A stretch of DNA of 64,000 bases from assembly GCA_052034935.1 (NCBI GenBank), contig JBPOIB010000001.1:236173-300172 (forward strand), read 5' to 3'. The position numbers and the translations under genes are program-made. The first letter of the stretch is position 1; each line of letters opens with the position of its first letter. This DNA is from Candidatus Moraniibacteriota bacterium. GTDB taxonomy: Bacteria; Patescibacteriota; Minisyncoccia; Moranbacterales; UBA1568. This document shows positions 38,151 through 48,372 of this stretch, piece by piece. Below the pieces are notes generated by a model, which saw only the letters and a list, made by a program, of their open reading frames with translations, had not been told where the DNA came from and ran no database searches.

Positions 38151-38433
38151 TTGTGTGGGGCGAGTCAGCATAGCTCGAGCCACTATTACCTGTAACTAGC
38201 AATGAAGGCAGTGGCATCGCTGATATCGAGGTCGACCAGCTGATTCAATGCGGTGTGCTTACCGTCAAACTACCAGCGGTGGGGATGAGTTGAAGATGGC
38301 GCGATGACAGGACACGATTGGTGCATTCTGAAATTCTGGAGGAAAAAAGACTTTATAGTCCAGGGAGACCTCAGTCTTTATCTTCTCTTGGGGCCTAGTC
38401 TCTTCCACTAGCGCGTAAATAAGGATTTTGATT

Positions 38434-39969
38434 CTACCGTCCCCAACGGTAGACCGTGATGTCACCACGGACATTAGCGTTACTGACGCGTTCCCAGTTT
38501 TTTATGATGTACGGCTCGACATCGGCAGAGATATAGTCCTCATCATTGCCGGAATAGACGAACCAGCCGGACAGATGCTCGGCCTCGATTTTTTGGATGT
38601 CGGCCAGGGAAAGCTTCTTATCGGAGAGTTCGCCGCCGAAATCAAAGACGGGTAGCTTCGCGCCGCTCCAGTAGTAATTACGGAAATTGCGCGCGATGAG
38701 GACATCGCCTTCGGTCTTTTCTTTCTTCACGAAGGTGAAGACTTTGCGATAATTCGGATTGCCGCCCGTCGAGGTCTCGTGATAGGTGTTGTTTTCAGCG
38801 AAGAAATAGGCCAGATTTGGGACAAGAAGGGAAAGACAGAGTCCCACAAAGACAGTGCGACGGATATCCCATGGACCACTTTTCTCTCGGACCCATTCAA
38901 AGAGAGCAACGATACCAGTCGCAGCCAGGATCATCCCGAACGACTGGATAAAATAAATGTACTGCGGGCCGACATTCCGATTCCACATGAAGACCGCCAT
39001 GAAAAGCGGTACGGCATAGGCCAGGGTGAGATAGAGCGCTGCATTCGGTCGAACGAGATTACTCACGAACAACTTCCAGGCACCCAAGATAATGAGAAGC
39101 ACTCCAATGACTGGGGTGGCAAAGTCAGAGAGAGCATGAGTGAGATAGCCGAAGTGGTCTTCAAAGAAGACAAAACCGTTCATGAGGAGCCGGATGACAC
39201 TCGGAACAAAGATCGCGGAAAGGATAAGTACAAGCACCCCGAGCGCGAGCGAAGTCCCGTATTTGTTCCGGATACTCCCCGACTGATGGTATTCCTGAAC
39301 CGTCCGGACGACGAGATAGACACCGAGTGAGATGAAGAGATTGAGCGTCAGCTGATGCACGGAGGCCGAGAGAATACCAAACACGAGGGTGAGAAAAGCG
39401 TACAGCGGATGAATTCCGAAACGCTCCGAGAGAGACCGGAGTGAACGAATCGCACCCTCATACCGGAGCTCATACGCAGCATATACAGCCGTCGCAAAGC
39501 CGAGATACAGCGGAAAAAACATCGCGTACATCCGCAGGCGCCGACTGAAGACAATCGCTGAAACGCTCACCGCACACAGAAGTGCTGCGACGAGGCCGAT
39601 TTCGCGACGACGAGTGAAGATGAGCGCCGACCAATAGACGACCAGGATGGAAAAGAGGCCCCAGAGAGCGCTCACACTTCGTGCCACACCCTCGGTCGGT
39701 GGGAGAAACGAAAAAAGAGCAGCCACCTGCCACTTGTAGACGAAGGCCCGTTCATCGCGAGCATCGTTGACATTCATCTCGGCCGGCTCGCCGTAATTGA
39801 AATCCCAGGCTTTCCAGAGACCAGTCTGATGATAGCCGTACGTCGAATTGATATCGAGGAACTCGTCTGCGACGAAAGAATTCGTCCCGAGACCAGCGAA
39901 GCGAAGTACTGCGCCAAGCGCGAGAAGAACGAATAGGGCACGGAAAACGTTTTTCTGAGAAATTTCCAT
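38434..39969 (-). CDS. ArnT/PMT-like GT-C fold membrane glycosyltransferase (GT39/GT83-like)
   Basis: A DE dyad in the first extracytoplasmic loop (VADEFLD) is followed by about 11 TM segments and a C-terminal soluble domain. The track start is GTG; I used ATG 39969. Confidence 0.55.
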   Translation of the reverse strand: MEISQKNVFRALFVLLALGAVLRFAGLGTNSFVADEFLDINSTYGYHQTGLWKAWDFNYGEPAEMNVNDARDERAFVYKWQVAALFSFLPPTEGVARSVSALWGLFSILVVYWSALIFTRRREIGLVAALLCAVSVSAIVFSRRLRMYAMFFPLYLGFATAVYAAYELRYEGAIRSLRSLSERFGIHPLYAFLTLVFGILSASVHQLTLNLFISLGVYLVVRTVQEYHQSGSIRNKYGTSLALGVLVLILSAIFVPSVIRLLMNGFVFFEDHFGYLTHALSDFATPVIGVLLIILGAWKLFVSNLVRPNAALYLTLAYAVPLFMAVFMWNRNVGPQYIYFIQSFGMILAATGIVALFEWVREKSGPWDIRRTVFVGLCLSLLVPNLAYFFAENNTYHETSTGGNPNYRKVFTFVKKEKTEGDVLIARNFRNYYWSGAKLPVFDFGGELSDKKLSLADIQKIEAEHLSGWFVYSGNDEDYISADVEPYIIKNWERVSNANVRGDITVYRWGR

Positions 39970-39986
39970 AGGCGGGATATAACGAA

Positions 39987-42293
39987 TTACTCTTTCCACT
40001 TGAGACCATCGGAATCATTGAACGTGAGTGTTCTTTCTTCGATGACTGGCGCTTCATTCGGTTGGAGCCGAAGAATATAGCCGAGTGACTTCGATTCCTT
40101 CTCCAGTCCGACGGCCGTATCATCGAATACGAATCCCTGTGAATAGACGATCCGACCGGACTGGTAAGCCTCGCTCTCGACAGGAATCGACAGGCCAGAT
40201 CCGAGGACAAGCGTCGCGCCTGCTTCGACGAAGCTCTGAGCGACCTTCTTGCGTTCTTCGTTCAGGCTCGCGCCAAGCGCGCGGTCCCAGACGAGATATG
40301 TGACAACTACCCGGTCGGATTCTTTCGCTCGCGCAATACTCGCGCGAAGCTTCTCCGGATCAGCCGTCTTCGTCTCACGATACTCAAAAAATGAAAGTTT
40401 TGCATGGAGGAGCGGTTGCATTTCGATCGTCCCACTGACTGAAATCGTGCCGTCGGCTGGTCCGCCGAAAGACTTCACCCCCGCCTGAGAGAGATTACTC
40501 GTGGTCTTTTCAAAACTCTCAGCTTTCTCTCGAGCGAAAGGCAGCGTGCTCCCGAGATGCATGAAGCGGATGTTCGCAGCGCCAAAGACATTGGAAAAGC
40601 GTGTCGGAAAAGAGAGCACGGCAGCCGAATCGGTCGGTGGTACTGGATCAGCGTCCGTGAGAAACGGCACAGCGAGACTCCCAGTAACGAGATCGAAGCG
40701 ACGGAATTCATCTTTCAGCCCCTGAAGAAAAAAATCATCACTCCCCTTCACAACACCTCGGCGAAGCTTCGGGTGATAGGCGAGATCGCCGAGGAAGAGA
40801 ACTTCCCGGACACGGCCCCGGTCTTGAAGCGAGAGCGCCTTCTCTTCTGCCGAAAGAAGACTTGGCGTAGTACGCCGCGCTTCGATAAGCTTCTTCATCC
40901 AGCCGAAGAGGGAAAAACTGCAGGACTGACCAGCAGCGAGCGATGACTCGATTGATGCCTGCGCTTCCCGGATACTCCCGATTGCTTCTTCCGCAAGACG
41001 GCGGTTCGCATCGAACTCGAGAAGGAGGGATTCTTTCTCGATTACTTCAAGAACCGGCGCCATCTCAGCGAGCGCGAGACGGAGTGCCTTTTCGGTGCGC
41101 ACATCATCGCCAGTGAAGAAGCACTGTGTTTTCGAACGGGAAGCGAGCGATGCCTCGGAAGCGCGGAGACGCTCAGTGATTCCGGCGAGAGCAAGCAGCG
41201 ACGGATTGATGTGATCGGCCTCGCGCGAGAGACGCATATCGTCATATTCCTTCCGAGCAGCTGCGGCCTTCGCGGCTCGATCGGCAAGCATCTCGCTGGT
41301 GAGCATCAGCGTCTTCGCCTCAGCCGCTTCTTCGGCCTTCTTCTTCTCTTCCGCTTCGAAGAGAATACGCTCCTCGTCGGTCATGATCTTGCAGCTCTTG
41401 GCAATCTCGCCGTCGCGATTATCAGCGAATGTATTGCCCGAGATCCGAAGCGAATTCAGGAAATAGAACCGCGACGACCCGCCCTGTGGTGCCTTACAGT
41501 CGATGCCCCAGTCGTTCTTACTCAGACGGTTACCTTCGATCTTCACATCGCCGACATCCTTGGCGCCCTTGAAAAACTGTGTCGCGATGCCGCTCGCCCC
41601 GTTGCCTGAGAACGTACTTGATCGAATGACGAGATTCGAATCGCCGAGGACGACTTCGATTCCTGACTCACCGTTGTCACGAAACTCGCTCTTCTCGATC
41701 GTCCCGGACACTTTTTCCCGAATATCGAGCCCCTCTTCGGTATTATCGCGGACTTCAAGTCCTTCGAACTTCACTTCATTCCCTGCCTGCATATAGAGAC
41801 CTTTCCGGGAACCTTCAATCACCGAATCACGAACCGTGATCGTCCCTCGTCCTTCTTCGGCTTTGATACCGACAATCGGGGCGTTTTTCACACGGACTTT
41901 CTCGATCGCGACGTCTGCCCCTTTGAGCGCAAGGATATTCCCACCGCTCGCGAGCGTCACTTTGGACAGCTTGGTGTCGTCCCCCATCTGGACGAGGCCG
42001 GTGATGATGACATCACCCTGGTCGGCGCCCGTGAGCGCTACCCCTTTCGGCAAGGTGAATCCTTCGGAGTACGACCCCTTGGCTACATAGATCGAGTCGC
42101 CGCCTTTGTCCCTCAATTCGTCGAGTGCATCGCTGATCGAGCCGAAAGGGCTTCCTTCCGACCCGTCGCCGCTCTCGCCGTCTTTCACATAATAATCATA
42201 CGAGGCAGCCTCTGCCGTCGGTATCGCTGCCATGAAAAAAACGGCTATTGCCAGAGACTGCCGGAGAAAAGAAGTGGTTTTCGTGAAAAGCAT
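39987..42293 (-). CDS. Secreted fusion protein: right-handed parallel beta-helix repeats plus a coiled-coil region plus a degenerate CapA/PGA_cap (metallophosphatase-fold) domain
   Basis: MLFTKTTSFLRQSLAIAVFFMAAIPTAEA is a signal peptide. Repeated GxxxIxxxxxG beta-helix turns occupy residues about 40-290. An Ala/Glu-rich coiled coil occupies 300-420. The C-terminus aligns to CapA (LFLGDLAY; VVVTYLVWD; EAGATLVLGSGLSIPVESEAYQSGRIVYSQGFVFD), but the His ligands are replaced. Confidence 0.6.
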   Translation of the reverse strand: MLFTKTTSFLRQSLAIAVFFMAAIPTAEAASYDYYVKDGESGDGSEGSPFGSISDALDELRDKGGDSIYVAKGSYSEGFTLPKGVALTGADQGDVIITGLVQMGDDTKLSKVTLASGGNILALKGADVAIEKVRVKNAPIVGIKAEEGRGTITVRDSVIEGSRKGLYMQAGNEVKFEGLEVRDNTEEGLDIREKVSGTIEKSEFRDNGESGIEVVLGDSNLVIRSSTFSGNGASGIATQFFKGAKDVGDVKIEGNRLSKNDWGIDCKAPQGGSSRFYFLNSLRISGNTFADNRDGEIAKSCKIMTDEERILFEAEEKKKAEEAAEAKTLMLTSEMLADRAAKAAAARKEYDDMRLSREADHINPSLLALAGITERLRASEASLASRSKTQCFFTGDDVRTEKALRLALAEMAPVLEVIEKESLLLEFDANRRLAEEAIGSIREAQASIESSLAAGQSCSFSLFGWMKKLIEARRTTPSLLSAEEKALSLQDRGRVREVLFLGDLAYHPKLRRGVVKGSDDFFLQGLKDEFRRFDLVTGSLAVPFLTDADPVPPTDSAAVLSFPTRFSNVFGAANIRFMHLGSTLPFAREKAESFEKTTSNLSQAGVKSFGGPADGTISVSGTIEMQPLLHAKLSFFEYRETKTADPEKLRASIARAKESDRVVVTYLVWDRALGASLNEERKKVAQSFVEAGATLVLGSGLSIPVESEAYQSGRIVYSQGFVFDDTAVGLEKESKSLGYILRLQPNEAPVIEERTLTFNDSDGLKWKE

Positions 42294-42307
42294 GTCTGCG
42301 TTCGTTA

Positions 42308-44074
42308 TTACTCGGCTGATTCGTCGGCATCCTCTTCGTCGAGGAGCGGATCCGAGTTGCGCTCGAAGAATTCGTTCCAGGTATAGCGCGGCGGCGCCGT
42401 CGAGACGCTCGGCTTCAGCTTGGTGAAATCCTGACGTTCGCCCTCAATCACCTCAGGAAGCGGAAAGAGTTCGATTGCGAGCAGCGTTCCGAACGAAGTC
42501 GTCTCGCCAACCGTATAGCTTTTGCGGTACTTCGCGAGACCCGTCTCGAGATTCGATTGCGCTCGGACGATCAGATAATAGACGCCCTGCCGGTAGATAC
42601 CATCGAAACCGAGCACGGCATTGTCGAGCCCGCGTTTGGTGATGAGATACTTCAGCGCCCGCCGGTACTGCGGCTCATTGAACATGTAGATTGGATATCC
42701 AGTCTCGAGCGAGCGTTGCTCCAGAAAATCCACCATCCGTTCCTGCTGCTCGAACGTGACGCGGATCTTTTCCTTCAGGATACGGTCAGGAACATTCTCG
42801 ACCGCTTCCGTGCCGGCCCGGCTCATTTCGCCGAGCCGGGTGGCAAGCGACACGAGGTTGGCGAGAATGAGCGCCGCAATCGTAACACCGAAGACGATTC
42901 CGGCCCATCGGCTGAACCGGCCGCCGGAAATCCGGGAAAGAGCCGCGAAGAAAAGACCGATCAGGATGATGAAGAATGGTCCGGAGAGGAGAAAGAATCG
43001 AGGTGCGGTGCCGTAGGAGAGAGGGAGAAAGAGCGTGAACGTCACTCCCACCCAAATACCGGAAAGGATGAGGAAGTCTCGCTTTTTCCGATCCGTTTCA
43101 CGACAGAGAAGCCATACGAACGCTACAAGCGAAAGGAAAAGAGCGATGACGCCCAGCGTGCCGTACCATTTCCCATCATCGCATTTCTCGGGACAGTTCC
43201 ACTTGAGCCGTCCCTCGATGACGAAGGAGGGAAAATCAGCGCCTTCGAAACCGGTCGTCACAACAATGGCATGAAGCGCGTGTTCGGAGACGTTCCGGAT
43301 CGCCTTCTCCAGAAGCGGATGATCTTCGCGATTCGATTTTTCGGTGATCGCCCCCCAGAATTCCTCCAGGTTCTGGCCGCCGGTCTCGATTTCATTCAGC
43401 ACCATCGGAAAATAGAGAGCGAAGACAATACCGACGGCGGCGACCCACGTCCGGCCCCGGTAGCGCGGACGCTTGACGAGGAGATAGAGGACGAGAGCGG
43501 TCGGGGCCGCCAGAAAGACGAGGAAGTGGAAGTGGGTGGCGAAGGCGAGAGCCGCGACCGCGGCGAGGAACCAGCGGCCCGGGTGACGTTCGCCGGTTTC
43601 CGTCGCTCGGAGCAGCGCATAAAGACCGAGGAGGACGAAGAAGGGTATCAGGTTGGGATTCCAGGCAAAGCGGCCATACATGACGAAAAACTCAGAAACG
43701 GCAAAGATAGCGGTCAGTCCGAGCGACCAGGAGTCACCAAAGAAACGCCGCGCCAAGAGGAAGAATATCGGGATCGAGAGTACGGAGAAAATGAGTACGA
43801 ACGCCGCCATACCCGCCGGACTGCCGCCGAAAACGAGAGCGCTCAGGTATTCCAGGTAATAGAAACCGGGAGCGAGCCGGAGATAGGTGCCGCCCGCCTT
43901 CGGCCCGAGCAGCGGGAGCTCTCCGGGTCCGCCTTCGAGCGCGGAGTCAATGACGATCGCATCGCGCGCCTGATCGAGCTCAAAATGCAGCCAGTCGGAG
44001 AAGTGGTAGGCACGCAGGAAAAACCCGACCGCGACCAGGGCGACGAGAGCGAAGATAACCTGATTCTTTTTCAT
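42308..44074 (-). CDS. ArnT-like GT-C membrane glycosyltransferase (paralog of the N-terminal domain of 48373-50862)
   Basis: DQARDAIVIDSALEGG...LLGPKAGGTYLRLAPGFYYLEYL...RFAWNPN aligns with the ArnT DEaRYaE...P region and with the ORF at 48373. Confidence 0.6.
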   Translation of the reverse strand: MKKNQVIFALVALVAVGFFLRAYHFSDWLHFELDQARDAIVIDSALEGGPGELPLLGPKAGGTYLRLAPGFYYLEYLSALVFGGSPAGMAAFVLIFSVLSIPIFFLLARRFFGDSWSLGLTAIFAVSEFFVMYGRFAWNPNLIPFFVLLGLYALLRATETGERHPGRWFLAAVAALAFATHFHFLVFLAAPTALVLYLLVKRPRYRGRTWVAAVGIVFALYFPMVLNEIETGGQNLEEFWGAITEKSNREDHPLLEKAIRNVSEHALHAIVVTTGFEGADFPSFVIEGRLKWNCPEKCDDGKWYGTLGVIALFLSLVAFVWLLCRETDRKKRDFLILSGIWVGVTFTLFLPLSYGTAPRFFLLSGPFFIILIGLFFAALSRISGGRFSRWAGIVFGVTIAALILANLVSLATRLGEMSRAGTEAVENVPDRILKEKIRVTFEQQERMVDFLEQRSLETGYPIYMFNEPQYRRALKYLITKRGLDNAVLGFDGIYRQGVYYLIVRAQSNLETGLAKYRKSYTVGETTSFGTLLAIELFPLPEVIEGERQDFTKLKPSVSTAPPRYTWNEFFERNSDPLLDEEDADESAE

Positions 44075-44184
44075 ACGGACAAACGCTTTCTTTTTCGGCC
44101 TTTTTTCGCTAGAATAGTCGTGAATTGAGGCGCCGACAATTGATTTATTTTACCCTTTTTCGGGGTTTTCGCACAACACCTCCT

Positions 44185-46446
44185 ATGCCCCTTGTTTCCC
44201 TATCCCGACTCATGGCGGCACTGCTTTCCCTGACCGCCTTTTTCTTTGTCGCTCGCCAGGTTCCGGACCTCGCAGCCTTCCATTTGGGAGATATCAACCG
44301 ACCTTTCTACCTGACTTTTTTTGTCTTGGGTACAGTTCTCATCGCCGTACTCTTGCGCCAAAGCGGACGGAATTTCCGGCGACTCTTTCCACTCGTCCTC
44401 CGCTTTCTCCTCCCGATGGAACTCATCCTCGGGGCTGGACTCTTCCTTTCAACCAATTTTCACCTCCTCGTTTCTCTCAATGTCGGGATCTATTTCCTCA
44501 CCCTCTTCGGTTACTGGGCCATCCGGACCGCCAAACGTGAACAGACTCTCGAAACGGCCGAGGCAGATGTTCCATCCGCGACTGCCGGATGGGTGGAACG
44601 CTATGGGAAAAAAGAGCTCTTTGTCGTTCTTTTCCTCACTGCTCTCTTCTTTTCCTTCGGTGCCTCACATCTCAGCCGTTTCGCCGCGGTCGATGAGCCG
44701 CTCTGGCTCGAAGGCCGGATTCCGAAATTCTGGAAAAATCTCGGCGAGGGCGACCTTCAGAAGACCAATATTAGTGACAAGCCCGGCATCACCGTGACCT
44801 ACGCCACCGGCCCGGGCCTCTTCTTCGTTGATCCGAAGCAGTACATCGATACCCGCTTCGTCTACAGCGAAAAGAATCCTGACGCCGACATCACCGATCT
44901 GTACCTCGCCTTCCGGCTCCCACTCCTCATCGTCATCACTCTTTTCCTTCCCTGTTTCTACTTTTTACTCTCACCGCTCATTGGCCGACGAAGCGCGCTC
45001 TTCTCATACGCCTTCATTGCACTCTCACCCATCCTCATCGGCATGAGTCGCATCATCAATCCGGACTCGCTCCTCTGGCTCTTCGTTCCGCTTTCCTTCA
45101 TCGCCTACCTCAATTTCCTCGAGAAGCGGCGTTTCTCTTTCCTCTTCATCTCCGCGCTTTTCCTCGGACTCGGTCTCTTGACCAAGTACGTGGCGAACTT
45201 CCTCCTCGTCTACTTTTTTGCTTTCATTTTCTTCTCCTATCTCTACAGCCGGCGCCGCGCCCCGATCGCTTTCGCTGAGCACTTCAGGAGAGAATTAGCT
45301 GCTTTCGGCCTCTGGCTCGGCACCGGACTGTCAGTGTTCTACCTCCTCCTCCCAGCCGTCTGGCAAGAGCCACAAGAACTCTTCACCAGCACAATTCTGA
45401 GCGAAGCCTTCGAAAAGGTCGCACCAATTTTCGTTCTTGTTATCCTCCTTATCCTCATCGATCGGCGCTTTTTCCAGTCACGAGCTGCAACCGCCACTAT
45501 GGCTTTTTTTGTTCAGCAAAAGGACCGGCTTGAACGTCTATTTCTCGCGATTTTCACTCTCGCCGTCGGCATCACTCTCCTCAACGGCATACTCGGTATG
45601 CCCTGGCTCGATTTCATGGAAATTGTCGCCTCACCGAAGAGCATTTCTCAGACACAAGGAGCGATTGGGATTTTCCTTGCAAATTTCTTTCCACTCCTCT
45701 TTGGAGTCCCCGTCATCACCCTCGGTTTCCTCCTCATCGCAACGGGAAATGCCGCGCGGCGGACCGCCATAGAGACTCCTGAGCGTATTCTCACCCTCAG
45801 CATCATTCTTTTCATTCTTCTCTACTATCTCGGCTCAACCGTGAACGAAGTCGTCCTCATCAATCGGTATCAGATCGTCCTCTATCCGCTCGCGAGCATC
45901 CTCGCGGGACTTGGTGCAAGTGCCTGCTTTGATTTTCTCCGCGGCCGGTATGCCCGCTTCGCCACGCTTGATGAACGATTCCTTCCTAGTATCCTCATCA
46001 TCATATTACCGCTCGTCATCACCCTCCTCGCGACACCGTTTCCCATGAGTTATACCTCGCCGCTTCTCCCCGACCAGTACACCATCGATATCAAGGACAT
46101 GGGCAACGGAAGCTACGAGGCGGCAGAATACCTGAACAGCCTCCCCGATGCCCGGTCAATGGCCATCTGGACTGATAAGCGCGGCGTCTGTAAATTCTTC
46201 CTGGGCGAGTGCACCGACGGCTTTGACTTCGACAACATACCGACGGACGAGATTGATTACATTGTCATTTCATCAGGGCGTGAGAGCCGGACAGAACGAA
46301 TGATGGCGAACCCGTACGTCCTGAATGACGAGGGTCTCATCCGCTTCGACACCTATTACTCGCGCACGGACGCCGACTTCGAGCTCCTCATCAACGGCCG
46401 GCCCTCACACTACGTCCGTGTCTTTCGCTTCGAACCTGAATCATAG
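44185..46446 (+). CDS. PMT/ArnT-like GT-C membrane glycosyltransferase (tandem paralog A)
   Basis: The loop-1 motif is DEPLWLEG, followed by DKPGITV and RIINPDSLLW. The C-terminal domain is paralogous to that of 46449. The track start is TTG; I used ATG 44185. Confidence 0.6.
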   Translation: MPLVSLSRLMAALLSLTAFFFVARQVPDLAAFHLGDINRPFYLTFFVLGTVLIAVLLRQSGRNFRRLFPLVLRFLLPMELILGAGLFLSTNFHLLVSLNVGIYFLTLFGYWAIRTAKREQTLETAEADVPSATAGWVERYGKKELFVVLFLTALFFSFGASHLSRFAAVDEPLWLEGRIPKFWKNLGEGDLQKTNISDKPGITVTYATGPGLFFVDPKQYIDTRFVYSEKNPDADITDLYLAFRLPLLIVITLFLPCFYFLLSPLIGRRSALFSYAFIALSPILIGMSRIINPDSLLWLFVPLSFIAYLNFLEKRRFSFLFISALFLGLGLLTKYVANFLLVYFFAFIFFSYLYSRRRAPIAFAEHFRRELAAFGLWLGTGLSVFYLLLPAVWQEPQELFTSTILSEAFEKVAPIFVLVILLILIDRRFFQSRAATATMAFFVQQKDRLERLFLAIFTLAVGITLLNGILGMPWLDFMEIVASPKSISQTQGAIGIFLANFFPLLFGVPVITLGFLLIATGNAARRTAIETPERILTLSIILFILLYYLGSTVNEVVLINRYQIVLYPLASILAGLGASACFDFLRGRYARFATLDERFLPSILIIILPLVITLLATPFPMSYTSPLLPDQYTIDIKDMGNGSYEAAEYLNSLPDARSMAIWTDKRGVCKFFLGECTDGFDFDNIPTDEIDYIVISSGRESRTERMMANPYVLNDEGLIRFDTYYSRTDADFELLINGRPSHYVRVFRFEPES

Positions 46447-46448
46447 AC

Positions 46449-48371
46449 ATGGAAACTGAATCACTCACACCACCATCGACTCACTGCCCTCATTCCCGCA
46501 AGGAACAAGTTTTCCTCTTCGGGATGCTTGCACTCATCCTCGGGACTTTCTTCTCCTTCGGCTGGTTTCATCTCGGTAAGTTCGAGACGACCGATGAACA
46601 TCTCTGGAAGTACGACCGCATCGGCCAATACTGGTCAGCCCTCGCGGAGTGGGACCTGGAAAAAACCTACATCAACGATAAGCCTGGTGTCACGGTCGCG
46701 CTCATCTCAGGTTTCGGTCTTCTCACCGAACCACATCCCGAACAAAACGAACTGCGTCCCGAAAATGATAGCCGCTTCGAAGCATACGATACGAAACAGT
46801 CCGAAATCACCAACGTCCGCTTCCGCCTCCCCGTCCTTATTTTCAGTACGATTGCGCTCATTGCCTTCTTTTTCCTCCTGGGCCATGCTTTCGGCAATTG
46901 GCGGATAGCCCTCCTCGGTACACTCATGATTGCGCTCTCACCGGTCCTCGTTGGTATCGCGCAGATTATTAACCCGGACAGCTTTTTCTGGATCTTCGGT
47001 AGTCTCTCGGCCCTCGCCTATTTCGCTCTGCTCCGGACCGGCCGGTTCTCTTTCGTTATTCTTACCGGCATTCTCACCGGCTTCGCACTCCTTTCCAAGT
47101 ACACCGCCTTCATTCTCTTCGCATTCTATGGTTTAGCACTCGGCTTCTCACTCATCAGTGAGCGGGCTGCAGACACCGATTGGCGCAACCTCGGAACGAA
47201 TCTTGTTCGTCTCGCCCTCATCTTTCTCCTCTCGATTGTTGTTTTCGTTCTCTTTCTCCCGGCTGTCTTCGTTCGGCCGGAGTATCTCTTCAAGGGAATC
47301 TCGCAATTTTTCTCCGGGGACGTAGCGCTTCTTCCAACCCTTTTCTTCGCCGGACTCATCATTGTTGCCGGAACTTTCATCATCCGCCGCTTTCCACTCA
47401 CGCCAATACTGAAGTTTTTCCGAACGAAAGAGCGCTTCATCTCCGGCGTGATTCTCGCTGCTTTTCTCGCACTCTTCTTTCTTTCTCTTCTCAATGTCTG
47501 GACGGGACAGAAACTCGTACCAGTTGATGCACTCCGCGATGCTGCCTATTCCAATGAACCGCAGTCATTCAATTTCCGCCCGCTCATCCCGAAAGGTGCG
47601 CCCGAGCTCGGGAAGAATGCCCGACTCATCTTCGTCGAAAGCTACCCGCTCTTTTTCGCTCTGTCGCCGCTCATCCTCGGACTCATCCTCATGGGCTGTA
47701 TGCAGTTCTTCCGCGGAAAACTCTCATCCGAAACGCGTCTTTTTCTCGTAACTCTTATCGCCTTCACCCTCCTCTATTTCGCCTCGACACTCTTTGCTAA
47801 AGTAGTGACCAATGCCCGCTACCTTATCCTCCTCTATCCACTCTTTGCCACCCTTGCCGCACTCGTCCTTTTTGATCTGCTCCGGGAACGCACCATGAAG
47901 CAACCACTCGCTCTCATAGGGGCTGCCTTTTTCGTCTTCGTAATAGGTAGTCTGACACTCTGGCAAGTCCGACCATTCTATTTTAGCTACACGAACAGTC
48001 TCCTCCCCAACCAGTTCACTGCCCATGATTCGTGGGGTCACGGCGCTTACGAAGCAGCTCAGTACCTGAACAGCTTGCCCAATGCTCAAAACATTATCAT
48101 CTGGTCGAATTCCGATACGGTCTGCCGGTTCTTCGAAGGCAAGTGCCTCCGCTCGCGAAAAATTGATCTTTCCGTCGTAACACCCGACTATTTCGTCCTT
48201 TCCAAACGCGGGGTGATCAAGCTAAATAATCGTTTCATCCTCCTCAATAACCCGGACCCGGAAAAAGACAGCGACTACTACTTTAAGCAACTAGAGAAGG
48301 ATCCTCTCTGGAAGCTCGAAATCAACGGCCGGCCAGAGAACTATCTGAAGATTATCCCATTCGAAAAGTAA
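46449..48371 (+). CDS. PMT/ArnT-like GT-C membrane glycosyltransferase (tandem paralog B)
   Basis: The motifs DEHLWKYD, DKPGVTV, QIINPDSFFW and YEAAQYLNSLPNA parallel those of 44185. Confidence 0.6.
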   Translation: METESLTPPSTHCPHSRKEQVFLFGMLALILGTFFSFGWFHLGKFETTDEHLWKYDRIGQYWSALAEWDLEKTYINDKPGVTVALISGFGLLTEPHPEQNELRPENDSRFEAYDTKQSEITNVRFRLPVLIFSTIALIAFFFLLGHAFGNWRIALLGTLMIALSPVLVGIAQIINPDSFFWIFGSLSALAYFALLRTGRFSFVILTGILTGFALLSKYTAFILFAFYGLALGFSLISERAADTDWRNLGTNLVRLALIFLLSIVVFVLFLPAVFVRPEYLFKGISQFFSGDVALLPTLFFAGLIIVAGTFIIRRFPLTPILKFFRTKERFISGVILAAFLALFFLSLLNVWTGQKLVPVDALRDAAYSNEPQSFNFRPLIPKGAPELGKNARLIFVESYPLFFALSPLILGLILMGCMQFFRGKLSSETRLFLVTLIAFTLLYFASTLFAKVVTNARYLILLYPLFATLAALVLFDLLRERTMKQPLALIGAAFFVFVIGSLTLWQVRPFYFSYTNSLLPNQFTAHDSWGHGAYEAAQYLNSLPNAQNIIIWSNSDTVCRFFEGKCLRSRKIDLSVVTPDYFVLSKRGVIKLNNRFILLNNPDPEKDSDYYFKQLEKDPLWKLEINGRPENYLKIIPFEK

Positions 48372-48372
48372 C

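Noticed and set aside
42557-44128. 523-aa ORF on the plus strand, rich in E/R/D/G
   Set aside because: It is entirely antisense to the polytopic GT-C gene 42308-44074, whose reading frame is supported by a paralog at 48373. Its composition is typical of the antisense of hydrophobic codons, and it has no motif.
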